62,354 nt of DNA from contig DATCHE010000132.1 in NCBI GenBank assembly GCA_036508535.1, positions 1 to 62,354 on the forward strand. Reading direction: 5' to 3'. Positions 1-9,440 of the stretch are shown piece after piece. Below the pieces are notes generated by a model, which saw nothing but the letters and a program-made list of their open reading frames with translations, was not told the DNA's origin and did not search any database. The DNA is from Bacteroidales bacterium (lineage in GTDB: Bacteria; Bacteroidota; Bacteroidia; Bacteroidales; VadinHA17). Every line of letters starts with the position of its first letter. Within the stretch, counting starts at the first letter, position 1. The translations under genes and the position numbers were made by a program.

Positions 1-28
1 CGAAACATTTCAAACTAATTGTGATTCA

Positions 29-748
29 ATGAAGGCAATGATTTTGGCTGCGGGACTAGGCAAACGTCTTGGGAAGATAACCGAAAGTATTCCCAAGGCT
101 CTTGTTGATATAAATGGAAAGACAGCCCTTCATCTGGCTGTTGAGAAATGCAGCAATCATGGATTTGACGATATAATAATAAATGTGCATCATTTCGCTG
201 ATATGGTTGAAGCCGAAGTGGAGAACCTTATAAAAATCGGGTTTAGAATAACTGTGTCGGATGAACGTGAGATGCTGCTTGAAACAGGTGGCGGATTATA
301 CAATGCCAGAGGTTTTTTTGATAATGAGCCTTTCCTGATTTATAACGTAGATATAATTTCTGATCTTGATCTTTCAGCGTTGTTCAGATATCATCTTGAA
401 AAGAAAGGTCTTGCTACTCTGGCTGTGAGGAATCGTCCGGGTAACCGTTTCTATCTTATTGATGATTCCGGCAGGATTTGCGGATGGAGAAACAAAGCAA
501 CCGGGGAAGAGATTCTTACTGGCAAGAATGCAGGAGAACTTTCGGAGATAGCTTTCTCAAGTATGCATATCGTGGAACCTGAGATATTTAAATATATGAA
601 AGAAGGAATCTATACTATGACAGATCTTTATCTCAAATTATCTGTAAACCATAATATTTTTACTTACAGAGATGATACTGGTTACTGGGGAGATATTGGA
701 ACACCAGAAAGTCTTGAATATGCCAGGAAGCAGTTCATAAATAAATAG
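29..748 (+). CDS. Sugar-1-phosphate nucleotidyltransferase (NTP_transferase fold, MurU/RmlA-like)
   Basis: 239-aa ORF. N-terminal MILAAGLGKRLG...IPKALV glycine-rich loop is typical of sugar nucleotidyltransferases. Confidence 0.8.
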   Translation: MKAMILAAGLGKRLGKITESIPKALVDINGKTALHLAVEKCSNHGFDDIIINVHHFADMVEAEVENLIKIGFRITVSDEREMLLETGGGLYNARGFFDNEPFLIYNVDIISDLDLSALFRYHLEKKGLATLAVRNRPGNRFYLIDDSGRICGWRNKATGEEILTGKNAGELSEIAFSSMHIVEPEIFKYMKEGIYTMTDLYLKLSVNHNIFTYRDDTGYWGDIGTPESLEYARKQFINK

Positions 749-752
749 ATTA

Positions 753-805
753 TGGGTACTGGGTTCTTGGTCCTTGGTACCAAATTACCAGCAACCAGCA
801 ACCAG
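753..805. repeat. Heptamer tandem array filling a convergent intergenic gap
   Basis: In 7-nt register: tgggtac tgggttc ttggtcc ttggtac caaatta ccagcaa ccagcaa ccag. The two halves can pair imperfectly (about 15 of 20 positions counting G-U pairs). Confidence 0.85.
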
Positions 806-2266
806 TTAGAGCTTCCAAAACGTCCTTGTGAAGATAGTGAATACGGTAATAATCTCCAGTCTTCCGATAATCATCAAAAGGGTTAGAACTAACTTACTTG
901 TCTCAGGTAAATGGGCGAAATTACTCATGGGGCCCACTGTACCGAGTCCGGGACCGATTGCTGCCATACATGTTGCAACTGAACTTGCTGAAGTTATAGG
1001 ATCGACTCCTGTTACTACAATAATAATTGTTCCAAGAACAAAAATGAATAAGTATAAAACAACGAAGGATAGTATGGATGTGTTAGCATTTTCAGGAACA
1101 CTCTTACCATTTAATTTTATGAATGTAATAGATTTTGGGTGATTGAGTTTAACAAAAACTGCCTTAATGTTTTTTATGACAACTAGATGTCGGGCCATCT
1201 TTATTCCACCGCTTGTTGAACCTGTGCTACCACCTGCAAACATCAACAGAAAAATCAATAAAAGAGCCGGGACAGGCCAGAGAATGTAATCAGCTGATAC
1301 ATAACCTGTGCATGTGATTATGGAAATGGTCTGGAAAAAACCTTCACGGAAGGATTCCTCAAATGATCTGGTCGAGTTTACAAGCAGAATTATAGTTGCC
1401 AGAGCGCCGGCTATTATAGCTACAGTAATATAGAACCACAACTCTTCATTTTGTTTGATTTTCTTAAAATTAAATTTCAACAGATAATAATATATAACCT
1501 GACTTGTTCCTGCCAGAAACATGAATATCATCACAATATATTGACTGTAGGGTGAGAAGGACATCATGCTGGTGTTCTTTGTTGAAAAACCTCCTGTTGC
1601 AACCGTACCCAGGGAGTGACAAATGCTGTCAAAAAGATTCATGTCACCAAAGGTCATTAGTATAGTTTGGGCAAGTGTAAGTCCCAGGTAAATAAATAGT
1701 ATCCTGAAAGCGATAGCCTTTGTCTTTGGATGAATCTTTTCTTTCATTGATGATTCAAGGCTGAATAACTGGTAACCCGTAACTCTCAGGGAAGGAAGTA
1801 TAATTATTATTAACATTATTATCCCAATACCACCAAACCAATGAGTCAGACTTCGCCAAAACAGGATTGAATATGGCAAAATTTCAACATCTGTTAAGAT
1901 TGAAGAACCTGTTGTTGAAAAACCTGACGTAGATTCAAAAAACGCATCAATAAATGAGGGAATTGTGTTACTTAAAAGATAAGGTAAAGTTCCTAATAAC
2001 GAGAAGATCACCCAGGATAAGGTCACTGCTATATATCCATCGCGGTTGCTGAATTTATTTCTATCAGCTTGTCTCGATATAAGATAAAATAACCCGGACA
2101 GCAGAAGTGTTATGGAAGCAGACCCAAGGAATGGATAAAGAGATTCCTTATATATAATTGCAACAGGTAAACAGAAAAGATAAGATATAGTTTCTAAAAG
2201 TAATATGGTACTTAAAATGCGTAGAATTAATAAAGGATTGATCAGCTTCATACTCTGGGTTAGCAA
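806..2266 (-). CDS. TrkH/KtrB-family potassium uptake membrane protein
   Basis: 486-aa polytopic ORF. Repeated pore-loop-like segments (STSGFSTTG, TVATGGFST, ITCTGYVS, GGSTGSTSGGIK) are characteristic of TrkH. Confidence 0.85.
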   Translation of the reverse strand: MLTQSMKLINPLLILRILSTILLLETISYLFCLPVAIIYKESLYPFLGSASITLLLSGLFYLISRQADRNKFSNRDGYIAVTLSWVIFSLLGTLPYLLSNTIPSFIDAFFESTSGFSTTGSSILTDVEILPYSILFWRSLTHWFGGIGIIMLIIIILPSLRVTGYQLFSLESSMKEKIHPKTKAIAFRILFIYLGLTLAQTILMTFGDMNLFDSICHSLGTVATGGFSTKNTSMMSFSPYSQYIVMIFMFLAGTSQVIYYYLLKFNFKKIKQNEELWFYITVAIIAGALATIILLVNSTRSFEESFREGFFQTISIITCTGYVSADYILWPVPALLLIFLLMFAGGSTGSTSGGIKMARHLVVIKNIKAVFVKLNHPKSITFIKLNGKSVPENANTSILSFVVLYLFIFVLGTIIIVVTGVDPITSASSVATCMAAIGPGLGTVGPMSNFAHLPETSKLVLTLLMIIGRLEIITVFTIFTRTFWKL

Positions 2267-2366
2267 ATTTTATGATACAAATATAGCAGAATTAGTTTTC
2301 TAAAAGTTTCAATTAAGGATGAAGCTTGAGAGTACAAAAATCAGTGGTATGGTCAAATTTATGTCT

Positions 2367-2374
2367 TATATTTG
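2367..2374 (+). promoter_or_regulatory. Bacteroidota -7 promoter box TATATTTG (TAnnTTTG)
   Basis: 50 nt upstream of the ATG at 2424. Confidence 0.4.
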
Positions 2375-2423
2375 TGCCAGGTAATTATTGAAGTGGTTTA
2401 TACTGAAAATACTATTAATCTAT

Positions 2424-3617
2424 ATGGGAAAAGTATTAGTTATCGGCGCAGGGGGAGTAGGAACAGTTGTTGTCCATAAAATGGCCTCACTTCCCAACAT
2501 ATTTACTGAAATTATGTTAGCAAGCCGCACAAAATCCAAGTGTGATGCCCTTGCTGAAAGAATTGGGAAAGACCGGATCAAAACAGCAAAAGTTGATGCA
2601 GATAATGTTAAGGAACTGGTAAATCTTATCAGATCATTTAAGCCTGATCTTGTTGTTAATGTTGCTTTGCCTTATCAGGATCTTCATATAATGGATGCAT
2701 GCCTTGAAACAGGTGTTGCTTATCTCGATACAGCCAACTACGAACCACTCGATGAAGCAAAATATGAATACAGCTGGCAATGGGCTTATAACGATCGGTT
2801 TAAAAAGGCAGGTATCACAGCAATTCTTGGATGCGGCTTTGACCCCGGGGTCACATCAATTTATACCGCGTATGCTGCAAAACATCATTTTGATGAAATG
2901 CATTACCTCGATATCGTTGATTGTAATGCAGGTGATCATGGTAAAGCATTTGCCACGAATTTTAATCCCGAAATCAATATCAGGGAGGTAACCCAGGAAG
3001 GTAAATATTACGAAAATGGAAAGTGGATAATGACCAAACCACATGAAATACATAAACCATTAAATTATCCGGAGATAGGCCCAAAAGAATCTTACCTTAT
3101 AAATCATGAGGAGCTCGAATCTCTTGTAAAGAATTACCCTACTCTGAAACGGGCCAGGTTCTGGATGACATTCGGACTGGAATATCTTACCCATCTACGT
3201 GTAATTCAGAATATTGGAATGGCAGGTATTGAACCTGTAATGTATGAGGGCAGACCGATCGTGCCAATTCAGTTTCTGAAGGCAGTACTTCCTGATCCGG
3301 GTGAACTTGGTGAAAATTATACAGGTCAGACATCAATAGGATGCCGTATAAAGGGAATAAAGAACGGAAAGGAAAAAACATATTACGTTTATAATAATTG
3401 CAGTCATGAGGCAGCTTTTGCTGAAACCGGTGCACAGGGAGTCTCCTATACAACAGGAGTTCCTGCAGCAATTGGCGCAATGATGTATCTTAAAGGTATC
3501 TGGAAAAAGCCAGGTGTGTTTAATGTGGAAGAATTTGATCCCGATCCATTTATGGCTGAACTCAATAAGCTTGGATTACCCTGGGTTGAACTGCATGATG
3601 TGGATCTGGAGCTGTAG
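2424..3617 (+). CDS. Carboxynorspermidine/carboxyspermidine dehydrogenase (saccharopine dehydrogenase family)
   Basis: Rossmann motif VLVIGAGGVG lies right after the ATG at 2424. It sits directly upstream of nspC. A TAnnTTTG box at 2367-2374 favours 2424 over the TTG at 2388. Confidence 0.8.
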   Translation: MGKVLVIGAGGVGTVVVHKMASLPNIFTEIMLASRTKSKCDALAERIGKDRIKTAKVDADNVKELVNLIRSFKPDLVVNVALPYQDLHIMDACLETGVAYLDTANYEPLDEAKYEYSWQWAYNDRFKKAGITAILGCGFDPGVTSIYTAYAAKHHFDEMHYLDIVDCNAGDHGKAFATNFNPEINIREVTQEGKYYENGKWIMTKPHEIHKPLNYPEIGPKESYLINHEELESLVKNYPTLKRARFWMTFGLEYLTHLRVIQNIGMAGIEPVMYEGRPIVPIQFLKAVLPDPGELGENYTGQTSIGCRIKGIKNGKEKTYYVYNNCSHEAAFAETGAQGVSYTTGVPAAIGAMMYLKGIWKKPGVFNVEEFDPDPFMAELNKLGLPWVELHDVDLEL

Positions 3618-3618
3618 A

Positions 3619-4821
3619 ATGGGTGATGATTATTGGGTCCTCAGCTTTAAGACAAAAGACAAAAGTAAAAAGACAAAAGTAAAAGTGATAGATTATTATA
3701 AGCTCCCTTCCCCGTGTTACGTTATCGAAGAAGAAAGATTTCGTAAAAACCTTGCTCTTATCAAAAAAGTATCTGTTGAATCAGGTGCTGAGATAATTCT
3801 TGCCTTCAAAGGATTTGCCATGTGGGGGGTTTTTCCAATCCTCAGAGAATATATTTCAGGTGCTGCAGCAAGTTCTGCCGATGAAGCTCGTCTGTGCTTC
3901 GAAGAGATCGGTTCTCCAGCTCATACATATTCACCTGTATATAAGAAGAGTGACTTCAATGATATAATGAAGTATAGCTCCCATGTCACTTTTAATTCAT
4001 TGAGCCAGTTCCGAAAATATTCGACTGATTTGCAAAATTATTCTAAAAATATTTCAGCCGGATTAAGAATAAATCCGGAATTTTCGGAAGTAAGTCATGG
4101 ACTTTACAATCCTTGTTCCCCCGGATCGAGGCTTGGAGTGATAGCTGAAGATTTGACAAATGGTTTACCTGAAGGAATAGAAGGACTTCATTTTCACGTT
4201 CTGTTTGAATCGGACTCGTATGCCCTCGAAAAAGTTTTGCAGATTGTTGAAGAGAAATTCGGAAGGTTTTTTCCGCAACTGAAATGGATAAACATGGGTG
4301 GCGGACATCTCATAACGAGAAAAGATTATAATACGGATCACTTAATTAAAGTAATTAAAGAGTTTCGTGAAAAGTCTGGCCTGCATGTTATTCTGGAACC
4401 GGGAAGCGCTTTTGCCTGGGAAACAGGTGAATTGGTATCAACTGTTGAAGATATAATTGAAAACCAGGGTATTAAAACTGCAATTCCGGATGTTTCTTTT
4501 ACAGCTCATATGCCTGATTGTCTTGAAATGCCATACAAACCAAAAATAATCGGAGCAACTGACCCTGTTTCTGGAAAACCAACATACCGAATCGGAGGTA
4601 ATTCATGTCTTTCAGGTGATGTTATGGGTGAATGGTCATTCGATAAGAAACTTAAACCGGGAGACAGGATAGTGTTCCTGGATATGATCCATTACACGAT
4701 GGTCAAGACTACTACCTTCAATGGTGTTCATCATCCATCTATTGGTATCTGGACTTTAGAGGGTGAATTTAAACTAATAAAGGAATTTGGGTACGAAGAC
4801 TATAAAAACCGGTTGTCTTAA
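3619..4821 (+). CDS. nspC: Carboxynorspermidine decarboxylase. The true start may be the GTG at 3685.
   Basis: PLP-dependent decarboxylase-like sequence (LPSPCYVIEEERFRKNL, NMGGGH, CLSGD). The first 22 codons from the ATG at 3619 are encoded by a heptamer repeat array, so an in-frame GTG at 3685 (MIDYYKLPSPCYV) is an alternative start. Confidence 0.85.
   Translation: MGDDYWVLSFKTKDKSKKTKVKVIDYYKLPSPCYVIEEERFRKNLALIKKVSVESGAEIILAFKGFAMWGVFPILREYISGAAASSADEARLCFEEIGSPAHTYSPVYKKSDFNDIMKYSSHVTFNSLSQFRKYSTDLQNYSKNISAGLRINPEFSEVSHGLYNPCSPGSRLGVIAEDLTNGLPEGIEGLHFHVLFESDSYALEKVLQIVEEKFGRFFPQLKWINMGGGHLITRKDYNTDHLIKVIKEFREKSGLHVILEPGSAFAWETGELVSTVEDIIENQGIKTAIPDVSFTAHMPDCLEMPYKPKIIGATDPVSGKPTYRIGGNSCLSGDVMGEWSFDKKLKPGDRIVFLDMIHYTMVKTTTFNGVHHPSIGIWTLEGEFKLIKEFGYEDYKNRLS
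3649..3683. repeat. Heptamer tandem array AAGACAA/AAGTAAA x5
   Basis: aagacaa aagacaa aagtaaa aagacaa aagtaaa, read directly. It lies between the dehydrogenase stop and the GTG at 3685. Confidence 0.9.
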
Positions 4822-4873
4822 ATTTGATTGTCTTGCAGTCGTTTGTCTATATAGCTATTACAGCCTCTATAGC

Positions 4874-5578
4874 TTACTTCTTTCTGTTTATTGTAATATC
4901 CGTAACAAACATCTTATCGGTAACTATAACTGCATTTACAATCTTCTCTGCAACTTCTGCCGGGTCCATAAAAGTGCTGATATTACGATTCTGCCCCGGG
5001 ATTTTCCAGAAATCTGTTTTCATGCCACCAGGATATACTGCAATAATATTTCGATTGGTACCTTTAAATTCAGTCCTGAGAGCTTCGGTGTATCCTCTTG
5101 CTCCCCATTTAGCTGCACAGTAAATTGTCTCTTCAGCTCTTCCGAATAGTGCTGAGGTTGACATTATATTTACAATTGTGAGTTCATTTTCATCCGGGGT
5201 TAATCTTAAAACAGCAGAAGTGAGCAATATCATACCCTTCAGGTTTGCTTCAAAAACAGAGTCTATCATTGCCGATGTTGAGGTATTTGCTTTTGTGAAA
5301 AGACCTCTTCCGGCATTATTATAAAGATACTCAACTGAAAGCCCTTTTTTGGATATGTATTTTTCAACATTTAATATTTCTTCTTCTTTTCCGATGTTGC
5401 ATTTCAGTGATTCAACAAAACTCTTTTTAGCCGATTTTTTAAGTCTTGCAGTAGCTTCAGAAAGTTTCGTACTGTCACGCCCAAGGATCAGGACATTTTT
5501 TCCCAATTTAACAAGGAGTTCAGCTATTTCCAATCCAAGACCGCTTGTACCGCCACTAATTACCGAAATCTTTTCCAT
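4874..5578 (-). CDS. SDR-family oxidoreductase
   Basis: ISGGTSGLG cofactor motif and YCAAK catalytic Y-x3-K. Confidence 0.85.
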   Translation of the reverse strand: MEKISVISGGTSGLGLEIAELLVKLGKNVLILGRDSTKLSEATARLKKSAKKSFVESLKCNIGKEEEILNVEKYISKKGLSVEYLYNNAGRGLFTKANTSTSAMIDSVFEANLKGMILLTSAVLRLTPDENELTIVNIMSTSALFGRAEETIYCAAKWGARGYTEALRTEFKGTNRNIIAVYPGGMKTDFWKIPGQNRNISTFMDPAEVAEKIVNAVIVTDKMFVTDITINRKK

Positions 5579-5651
5579 TTTAGATTTTTTTCAAATATAT
5601 TCATAATTCCTGAATTTTGTTTTTGGGTATGATTTCGATATTTATGCAGGA

Positions 5652-5659
5652 TAATTTTG
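5652..5659 (+). promoter_or_regulatory. -7 box TAATTTTG
   Basis: 55 nt upstream of the ATG at 5714. Confidence 0.4.
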
Positions 5660-5713
5660 AATGGGTTTGTTGGTTATGCTGCTTTTACTACTTTTGCGAC
5701 TCAAATTCTTTTT

Positions 5714-6613
5714 ATGCATAAGAGTCGGGTAAATACCTGGGCACATCTTTCCCTTCTGGCAGCCAATATTATTTATGGTTTAAATTATTCCATAGCAAAG
5801 TCTGTGATGCCAGACTCCATTAAACCATTCGCCCTTGTTTCTTTAAGAAGTATTGCAACTGCTGCATTATTCTGGACTACAAGTCTTTTTATGCCTAAAG
5901 AACCTGTTAGAAATAAAGATTTGCTTTTTCTTTTTGGCGTTTCCTTTTTTGGAGTTGTTATAAATCAGACACTTTTTCTGGTAGGATTGGATATGACTTC
6001 TCCGATTAACTCTTCAATAATACTGTCTACAAACCCGATTTTCGCGTTTGTCTTTGCAGCTTTGATACTAAGGGAAAGAATAACGTTTCTTAAAGGAACA
6101 GGACTCGCAATAGGTCTTTCCGGAGTTCTTCTGTTAATACTGCAGAACGGTACTCCTGATGTGAGCAGCTCTACTTTTTTGGGAGATGTCTATACCCTTG
6201 TTAATACTATCAGCTGGGCATTTTATACAGTAATAATTAAACGGATGCTTGAAAGATACCATCCGATAACTGTTATGAAATGGACCTTCCTGTTTGGAAT
6301 GTTTACTAATATTCCTCTTGGCTATAACCAGTGGAGTACGATGGATTGGTCAGCAATATCTTTTAATGCCTGGCTTGCTATTGGTTTTGTCGTTGTCTTT
6401 GCAACTTACCTCGGTTATCTGCTTATTACTTTCGGTCTCCGGCGACTAAGTCCTACAGTAGTCAGTACCTATACTTACACTCAACCAATAATCGCTGCTT
6501 ATCTGGCTTCAATGCTGGGTCAGGATCATATAACTATTGTAATGATAATCTCAGCTTTGCTTATCTTTGCCGGTGTATTTGTTGTCAGCCGCCAAAAGAA
6601 TACCGTAATATGA
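5714..6613 (+). CDS. EamA/DMT-family transporter
   Basis: About 10 TM segments in two EamA-like halves. The ATG at 5714 lies downstream of the TAATTTTG box at 5652-5659. The track start at 5657 is a TTG inside that box. Confidence 0.8.
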   Translation: MHKSRVNTWAHLSLLAANIIYGLNYSIAKSVMPDSIKPFALVSLRSIATAALFWTTSLFMPKEPVRNKDLLFLFGVSFFGVVINQTLFLVGLDMTSPINSSIILSTNPIFAFVFAALILRERITFLKGTGLAIGLSGVLLLILQNGTPDVSSSTFLGDVYTLVNTISWAFYTVIIKRMLERYHPITVMKWTFLFGMFTNIPLGYNQWSTMDWSAISFNAWLAIGFVVVFATYLGYLLITFGLRRLSPTVVSTYTYTQPIIAAYLASMLGQDHITIVMIISALLIFAGVFVVSRQKNTVI

Positions 6614-8193
6614 GGGCAATATCATTCTTTTTTCTTCTCCTTGTTGAATTGCAAATTGCCTCAGCAAATGATGGCTACCATCGTAAAATTTATGTTGATG
6701 TTCTTCACTATGAGTTTAATATTGCAATAAATGACTCAACTGACAGAATTGAAGGAAATGCATTAATAAAGTTAAGGTTCCTTGAAAATACTGATTCAAT
6801 TTCCTTCGATCTGAGTAGTTTAAAAGGAGATGGTAAAGGGATGACCATAACGGGTGTTAGTGAGGGTGCCAATAATATTAAATGGGAGCAGGGTAAAGAA
6901 AACTTAATGATCTTTTTCAATACTCAGGCCAGACAAAATGATACTCTGGAATTTAAAATTGAATACAACGGAATTCCTTCTGATGGATTGATAATATCGA
7001 AAAATAAATTTGGTAACCGTACATTTTTTGCCGACCATTGGCCCAACAGAGCTCATAACTACCTCCCTTGTATCGATCATCCTTATGATAAAGCGTCAGT
7101 CGATTTTCTTATTTTGGCACCCGACAAGTATAAGGTTGTGGGAAGCGGAATCCTTATTGAAGAATCAGATCTGCCTGGTCCTATGACGCTTACCCATTGG
7201 AGTGAATCTGTTCCTATTGCAACCAAGGTGATGACTTTCGGGGCAGCTGAATTTGCGGTAAAATATGCCGGAAGTGTAAATAATATCCCGGTCTGGTCAT
7301 GGGTCTTTCCTGAAAACCGGATCGAGGGCTTTTCCGACTATTCTGTTGCTGTTAAACCGTTGGAATATTATAGCAGTATAATCGGACCTTATCCATACAA
7401 AAAACTGGCAAATGTTCAGTCCAAAACAATATATGGTGGTTTGGAGAATGCTGGTACAATTTTTTATTCAGAAAAATCTGTTACAGGCCTCGGTAAAGCT
7501 GAAGGATTAATGGCTCATGAGATTGCCCATCAATGGTTTGGCAACTGTGTTACTGAGGCTGATTGGTATCATATATGGCTTAGTGAGGGTTTTGCCACAT
7601 ATATGACATCGCTTTATTTTGAATCTATTCAGGGTAGAGCGAGGCTTGAATCTGACATGAAATCAACACGGGAAAGGGTTTTAAAATATTACAAAATAAG
7701 CCAAAAACCCATCATCGATACAACTATTACCGATCTGATGGATTTACTGAATGTCAATTCATATCAGAAAGGAGCTTGGGTACTCCACATGCTGAGATAT
7801 GAAATTGGCGACACAGTTTTCATGAAGGGATTGGCTTCGTATTATAAAAAGTATTATAATTCAAATGCGTTAACTGAAGATTTTATGCATGTTATGGAGG
7901 AAGTAAGTGGTAAAAACCTTGAAAAATTCTTTAAGCAATGGCTCTATACTGCAGGTCAGCCGGAACTCATTATCAGAAAAGAGAAAGGAAAGAAACAGGG
8001 AATGACAGACGTATATATTGAACAGAGACAAATGCCACTCTTTGAATTCAGTCTTGAACTTTTGATTAAAGATAACTTGGGTGAGAGGCTCGAAAAAGTT
8101 TTTATAAAAGAGAGAGTTACAAAAATTGAAGTGTCGTCAGTTGATATTGTTTCAATTACTCCGGATCCTAATATAAACTTGCTTTTCAAATAG
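6610..8193 (+). CDS. M1-family zinc metallopeptidase (aminopeptidase N-like)
   Basis: GGLENAG (GxMEN-type) followed by HEIAHQWFGN-x18-E zinc site. There is a 4-nt ATGA overlap with the upstream gene. Confidence 0.85.
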   Translation: MRAISFFFLLLVELQIASANDGYHRKIYVDVLHYEFNIAINDSTDRIEGNALIKLRFLENTDSISFDLSSLKGDGKGMTITGVSEGANNIKWEQGKENLMIFFNTQARQNDTLEFKIEYNGIPSDGLIISKNKFGNRTFFADHWPNRAHNYLPCIDHPYDKASVDFLILAPDKYKVVGSGILIEESDLPGPMTLTHWSESVPIATKVMTFGAAEFAVKYAGSVNNIPVWSWVFPENRIEGFSDYSVAVKPLEYYSSIIGPYPYKKLANVQSKTIYGGLENAGTIFYSEKSVTGLGKAEGLMAHEIAHQWFGNCVTEADWYHIWLSEGFATYMTSLYFESIQGRARLESDMKSTRERVLKYYKISQKPIIDTTITDLMDLLNVNSYQKGAWVLHMLRYEIGDTVFMKGLASYYKKYYNSNALTEDFMHVMEEVSGKNLEKFFKQWLYTAGQPELIIRKEKGKKQGMTDVYIEQRQMPLFEFSLELLIKDNLGERLEKVFIKERVTKIEVSSVDIVSITPDPNINLLFK

Positions 8194-8204
8194 AAAGTAG
8201 TGTC

Positions 8205-9404
8205 TTACTTGTCGATGACACCTGATCCGATCACTTCATCACCTTCGTACCACGCAGCAAACTGACCCGGAGCAACACCCCTTTGCGGTTTGTCGAATAT
8301 GACATATATACCGGCCTCTCTACAGTAAAGTCTTGCTTTCTCCAAAGGCTGCCTGTATCTTATCCGTACCATATAATCGCGATTATCACCTGGTTCCATC
8401 AATAAATCTCTTCTGATCCAGTGGGCCTCATCTTTTCTGATAAACAACCCTTTTCTGTTTAGTCCGGGATGTGAATGTCCTTCACCAACATAAACCAGGT
8501 TATTTTCAACATCAGTGCTTATTACGAACAGTGGTTCTTTATGTCCCCCGACGTTCATACCTTTTCTCTGACCAATTGTAAAGAAATGTGCTCCGTTATG
8601 CTGTCCAATAATCTTTCCAGATGATGGTTCATATTTAAATGGTTCAGCCATTGAAAACAACATTTCTTCAGAAACCTTTTCATCAGGGAATCCAGCTTCT
8701 ATATCCGGATACAACTTTCTTTCAGTTATTTCAACTATATTTCCCTTCATCGCAACCAGTTTCTGCTGTAAAAATGTAGGTAAATCAACCTTCCCGACAA
8801 AACATATTCCCTGAGAATCTTTTCGTTGGGCAGTTGCAAGCCCCAGTCTTTCAGCAATTTTCCGTACTTCAGGTTTTATCAGATCGCCTATTGGGAAAAG
8901 GGCTGTAGAAAGTTGTTCCTGACTCACCTGACAAAGGAAATAACTCTGATCTTTGTTACTATCTTTTCCGGACAGCAGCTTGTAAATTATTTTTTCTCCT
9001 GAGCTTAACTCAGCTTTTCTGCAATAGTGACCGGTTGCTACAAAATCACCGCCTAATTTCCGTGCTTCTTTAGCAAAAGAATCAAATTTTATCTCTCTGT
9101 TACAAAGTATATCCGGATTTGGAGTTCGTCCTTTTTCGTATTCAGTAAACATGTAGTCAACAACTCTCTGACGATAAGGCAGACTCAGGTCAACCATATG
9201 AAAAGGGATTCCTATTTTTTTTGCGACCATTTCTGCAAACATAAGATCATCTTCCCAGTGGCACTCGCTCTGAAGCAATCCTGTTGTGTCATGCCAGTTT
9301 CTCATAAACAGACCTGTAACATCATACCCCTGTTCCTTAAGAACCCATGCAGCAACACTTGAGTCCACTCCGCCTGATAGCCCTATGACAACTCTTTTTT
9401 TCAC
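8205..9404 (-). CDS. mnmA: tRNA 2-thiouridine(34) synthase
   Basis: PP-loop SGGVDSS at the N-terminus. Length and overall pattern are typical of MnmA. Confidence 0.9.
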   Translation of the reverse strand: MKKRVVIGLSGGVDSSVAAWVLKEQGYDVTGLFMRNWHDTTGLLQSECHWEDDLMFAEMVAKKIGIPFHMVDLSLPYRQRVVDYMFTEYEKGRTPNPDILCNREIKFDSFAKEARKLGGDFVATGHYCRKAELSSGEKIIYKLLSGKDSNKDQSYFLCQVSQEQLSTALFPIGDLIKPEVRKIAERLGLATAQRKDSQGICFVGKVDLPTFLQQKLVAMKGNIVEITERKLYPDIEAGFPDEKVSEEMLFSMAEPFKYEPSSGKIIGQHNGAHFFTIGQRKGMNVGGHKEPLFVISTDVENNLVYVGEGHSHPGLNRKGLFIRKDEAHWIRRDLLMEPGDNRDYMVRIRYRQPLEKARLYCREAGIYVIFDKPQRGVAPGQFAAWYEGDEVIGSGVIDK

Positions 9405-9440
9405 TGTGCAAAGATATGGAAAAATGCTAACTTTAACCCC

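Noticed and set aside
3514-3618. Long N-terminal extension of nspC overlapping the dehydrogenase gene
   Set aside because: It overlaps the 3' end of the upstream gene in another frame and has no conserved sequence. The ATG at 3619 or the GTG at 3685 is far more plausible.
828-5149. Short overlapping or antisense track ORFs (828-1142, 2695-2991, 2856-3053, 3187-3480, 4787-5149, 4824-5123, 5349-5606)
   Set aside because: Each is embedded in a longer ORF with recognisable family motifs on the other frame or strand. They have low-complexity or odd composition and no independent signals.
9405-9440. TAnnTTTG-like boxes (CAAAGATA on the minus strand at 9409-9416, TAACTTTA on the plus strand at 9427-9434) in the mnmA/addA divergent gap
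   Set aside because: Both lie only 5-6 nt from the respective start codons, which is too close for the usual -7 box geometry, so they are not reported as promoters.
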